Positions 61,302-64,000 of a DNA stretch of 64,000 nt are shown here, one piece after another (the first letter of the stretch is position 1; each line of letters starts with the position of its first letter). The DNA is from a virus (Duplodnaviria > Heunggongvirae > Uroviricota > Caudoviricetes), in the IMG/VR virus record IMGVR_UViG_2903405734_000002, positions 1 through 64,000 of that record, one strand, 5' to 3'. The notes under the pieces are model-generated. The model did not search any database, was not told the origin of the DNA, and was given only the letters and a program-made list of their open reading frames with translations. Made by a program: the position numbers and the translations under genes.

Positions 61302-62510
61302 TTAAAATGAATGAAGCCAGGTTAGTTTGTGAACTTCTCGCAGATCTGGCAGCTGAAAGATTTTTGCTTGCTTGTGGATGATCTCTGCTGGAATGGAATG
61401 CTTCCTATCCCTGTTGTTTTTCAGGCATTGTGCCAGTGGGGCTTGAAGCAAAACCATTTCAATAAAAGCGCCATAGTCATTGGCAATCCCAAGCAGTTTT
61501 TCCCTTAAATCGATTCTGAGGTTTGTTGCATCCCAAACCACGTTCTCTCCGATCCGAAGCGAGACCTTGAGTTGCTCGTAAGCAAAACGGAATACCTCTC
61601 CGTGATTGTCGATATCGAGACGATCACCAATCATGAGTTCACGGATCTCATCAGGGGAGATCACCCTGTACCCAGGGTAGTTTTTCTTGATGAAGGTGCT
61701 TTTGCCTGAACCAGAGATTGCGCACATCACAACGACATGTGACTTCCCTTGGTTCTGATAGGCAATAGACATCACCTCGTCCTCAAGATGGATCCGTCCC
61801 TTGTCCAGGGCGCTCATCCCCTTGTGGTAAGCAGCCATGCGGAACAAGTCATCTTTGTCTGCAAAGTGCTCATCAACCTTTTTGGAAAGCCCTTCATAGG
61901 CAGTCGTTCGCCAAAGGCCGAGCTCCTCTGCAAAAAGACGAAACACCTCAAGCATTTCGAGTTGCTCATCATAATCATCGGAAACAGTACCTTTCCTGTC
62001 TGCAACCTCAAGCAGATAGATCATCTCCATGCTTGGGATTTTTCGAGAAAGAGCTCTATAGTCAGCTTCCCCTTTGTTCATATAGACCAGCTTCTTGGGT
62101 TGGTCATGATAAGCAACAAGCTGAATGATATCCTTCCAATCTTCCTGGGTGATGCCAAGGGGAGGGGAGCAGGTAAACAGCAACGATGCGCCAGTATGCT
62201 CGTGATAAGGAGCAACCACCCGCTCAACGCCATCCTTCTCTCTACGCCTTGTTGTAAGCGGCTTTCCGTAGTCATGAAACAGGGCAGACAAAATCAAAAC
62301 GTCCTGTTCACGAACGGAAAGATGGCTCGCACAGGTCTCGATCAGGAAGTAAACCTGCTGCAATACCAAATTGGTATGCACCGCAACATTACCCTCTCCA
62401 TGCCAACCAGGATCTTGCTCGGTGGACGAAAACTCGCCAAGCAAGGGGAAATCCTTGCAAAGAGCAGCAAGAAACTGCTCGAAGCTAAATCCCATAAAAC
62501 GTGACTTCAT
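61302..62510 (-). CDS. HD phosphohydrolase plus P-loop polynucleotide kinase fusion (HD-Pnk-like)
   Basis: HD motifs H...LFHDYGK...H...D. Walker A VVMCAISGSGKST. RBS AGGTG. Start is 2 bp after the ligase stop. Confidence 0.7.
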   Translation of the reverse strand: MKSRFMGFSFEQFLAALCKDFPLLGEFSSTEQDPGWHGEGNVAVHTNLVLQQVYFLIETCASHLSVREQDVLILSALFHDYGKPLTTRRREKDGVERVVAPYHEHTGASLLFTCSPPLGITQEDWKDIIQLVAYHDQPKKLVYMNKGEADYRALSRKIPSMEMIYLLEVADRKGTVSDDYDEQLEMLEVFRLFAEELGLWRTTAYEGLSKKVDEHFADKDDLFRMAAYHKGMSALDKGRIHLEDEVMSIAYQNQGKSHVVVMCAISGSGKSTFIKKNYPGYRVISPDEIRELMIGDRLDIDNHGEVFRFAYEQLKVSLRIGENVVWDATNLRIDLREKLLGIANDYGAFIEMVLLQAPLAQCLKNNRDRKHSIPAEIIHKQAKIFQLPDLREVHKLTWLHSF

Positions 62511-62512
62511 AG

Positions 62513-63163
62513 TTACACCTTGATACTTTCAGGATCCCTGAGTTTGTTCGGGATCACGGCTGACTTCATCCAGTGCTCATCTGTTTGCACATGACCTTTG
62601 CGAACAAATTTTGCAACCTTCTTGCTGAAATCGCCGATATGGAAAGATGCAGTAGGACGAATAACAAAACCCTCTGACTTCGTAAGATCCATCGTTTTGT
62701 GGAGGTTTCGAATCAGCTTGTCATCCCAAGGCCCACGATACAGAACAGGTACGGTTTTTACACCGATCTCATTGGCGAGCTCAACAGTCTCATCCCATGA
62801 GAGACAGAATCCTTGCTCATTCCAAATAGAAAACAGCAGGAAAAAAGACTCCAGGTTGTCATAGGCAATGCTATGACGCGCAAACATACCCTCACCACAA
62901 AGGCGCTTGTCCGCAGGGATTCTGTGCGCGATAGACGCATGAAATCTACGCATCCAGGTGCGAGACTCATGGTGGCTATATGTCAGCGAACGAGCATGCA
63001 TACAGTGGCTATAAAGGTTGGTATTTTCACCATCCATCTTCTCAAGAATGATGAGCTCTGGCTCAGAGAGCAGGCCATCAAGACTTCCAATGATTTTGTC
63101 ATCATTCGTAACTGACATTGACCAAGGAAGGTGAGGAGTGCTCGGGTATTTTGTCTCTTGCAT
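62513..63163 (-). CDS. ATP-dependent RNA ligase (Rnl family nucleotidyltransferase)
   Basis: KYPSTPHL N-terminus, motif I EKMDGEN (KxDG), motif IV EGFVIR, motif V KFVRK. Start at MQETKYP with GGAGG RBS. Confidence 0.75.
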   Translation of the reverse strand: MQETKYPSTPHLPWSMSVTNDDKIIGSLDGLLSEPELIILEKMDGENTNLYSHCMHARSLTYSHHESRTWMRRFHASIAHRIPADKRLCGEGMFARHSIAYDNLESFFLLFSIWNEQGFCLSWDETVELANEIGVKTVPVLYRGPWDDKLIRNLHKTMDLTKSEGFVIRPTASFHIGDFSKKVAKFVRKGHVQTDEHWMKSAVIPNKLRDPESIKV

Positions 63164-63382
63164 TTTCTTTGCCTCCAAAATTAATGAATGAATTATATTT
63201 AAACATAAATAAATGTCAATGCGATGGCGATAATATTTTTTAAATAAATAACTCACTGGGATTGACAGGTCAAACTGTTGTGTTATGATAGATGTCGTAA
63301 ATTAAAGAGGTTTCTTATGTATATTCCAGGAATACGGCTCGTTGGGTTTCGATTGTGAAACTTAACGTAGGAGCCACAAAAA

Positions 63383-63937
63383 ATGAGTCTGCTGGATAAA
63401 AAATACATCCTGACCAGTATTTCAGGTAATACCGATGTTATTCACAACATGCGTGAATTCATCAAAGATTTCGGATTGCGCAGGTTTGCTGTTGATTTTG
63501 GTTTTGCTTTCGATGAGCACAAACCATCACTGTCATACTATGGCACACAAAGAGAATATGAAAAATCAGATGAATACCTCTACAAAAAAGAGTATTCAAG
63601 CAAGTACATTCTTGATTTTTTCTACTCTGGTGAAGCAGTAGATCCGATTGATATCGCAATTGAGTTTCTGAACGAAAATCCCGATTACTTTGCTTCAAAA
63701 TGCAAGCTTTACTCATTCGGAACGGCATTCTACAAACGGAGTGCTCATAAGAGGAGACGCCATTACAGAAGGGTAGCAATTGGCCTTCACACAAAGCTGG
63801 TGGAGAGGGAAAGAGCCCTGGAGTTTGGCTTCAAGATGGGTAGGCCGTGTGGCATCGGGGAAATCTATGAAGATGACTACTTTGCGGACAAGAAAGACCG
63901 AAACTGGAAGAAATTCAGAAAGCAGCAATACAAATAA
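63383..63937 (+). CDS. hypothetical basic protein (184 aa)
   Basis: ORF. Terminator 63940-63970. Confidence 0.5.
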   Translation: MSLLDKKYILTSISGNTDVIHNMREFIKDFGLRRFAVDFGFAFDEHKPSLSYYGTQREYEKSDEYLYKKEYSSKYILDFFYSGEAVDPIDIAIEFLNENPDYFASKCKLYSFGTAFYKRSAHKRRRHYRRVAIGLHTKLVERERALEFGFKMGRPCGIGEIYEDDYFADKKDRNWKKFRKQQYK

Positions 63938-64000
63938 AATGGGGCCGCATTAAGCGGCCCTTTTTAATTTACCATTGATTTTAAATAGTGAAAAGTGATA

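Noticed and set aside
61749-62504. 251-aa plus-strand ORF
   Set aside because: Antisense to the HD-Pnk gene, which has clear HD and Walker-A motifs and an RBS.
62513-63256. Longer 247-aa form of the RNA ligase ORF
   Set aside because: The first 31 codons lack an RBS and precede the conserved KYPSTPHL N-terminus. The internal Met at 63163 has a GGAGG RBS.

Overview
This is an AT-rich gammaproteobacterial-looking chromosomal segment, possibly Legionellales-like; the lineage guess is inference only. It is densely packed with ORFan genes and broken up by RNA genes: a partial tRNA-Cys, tRNA-Lys(CTT) and tRNA-Glu at the 5' edge, a six-tRNA cluster (Thr, Thr, Asn, Met, Asp, Leu), a tRNA-Ile2-like(CAT) gene, and tmRNA (ssrA) with smpB about 2.3 kb away. 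Housekeeping anchors are ligA, smpB, a NUDIX hydrolase, a flotillin/SPFH protein, a CreA-like protein and a CpxP/Spy-like protein. Accessory content includes an IS200/IS605-family tnpB element beside tRNA-Glu, a Fic protein preceded by a perfect 7 x 34-bp palindromic tandem repeat, a four-repeat Myb/SANT-like protein next to a Dam-like adenine methyltransferase, and a GNAT acetyltransferase. There is also a family of secreted LRR-like proteins (one singleton plus four tandem paralogues) and three tandem large type IV-pilin-domain proteins with variable C-termini. The rest comprises an HNH nuclease, a GHKL-ATPase/HExxH fusion, two adjacent genes each encoding a tandem double-Hfq(Sm) protein, a six-gene minus-strand operon headed by a small SF2 DExH helicase, and a three-gene RNA-repair-like cassette (RNA ligase, HD-Pnk, unknown). 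The strongest candidates for undescribed biology are the helicase operon at 39.9-45.5 kb, the double-Hfq gene pair, the Myb-repeat/Dam pair, the GHKL-HExxH protein, and the 34-bp repeat array upstream of fic. No CRISPR array, integrase or phage structural genes were seen.
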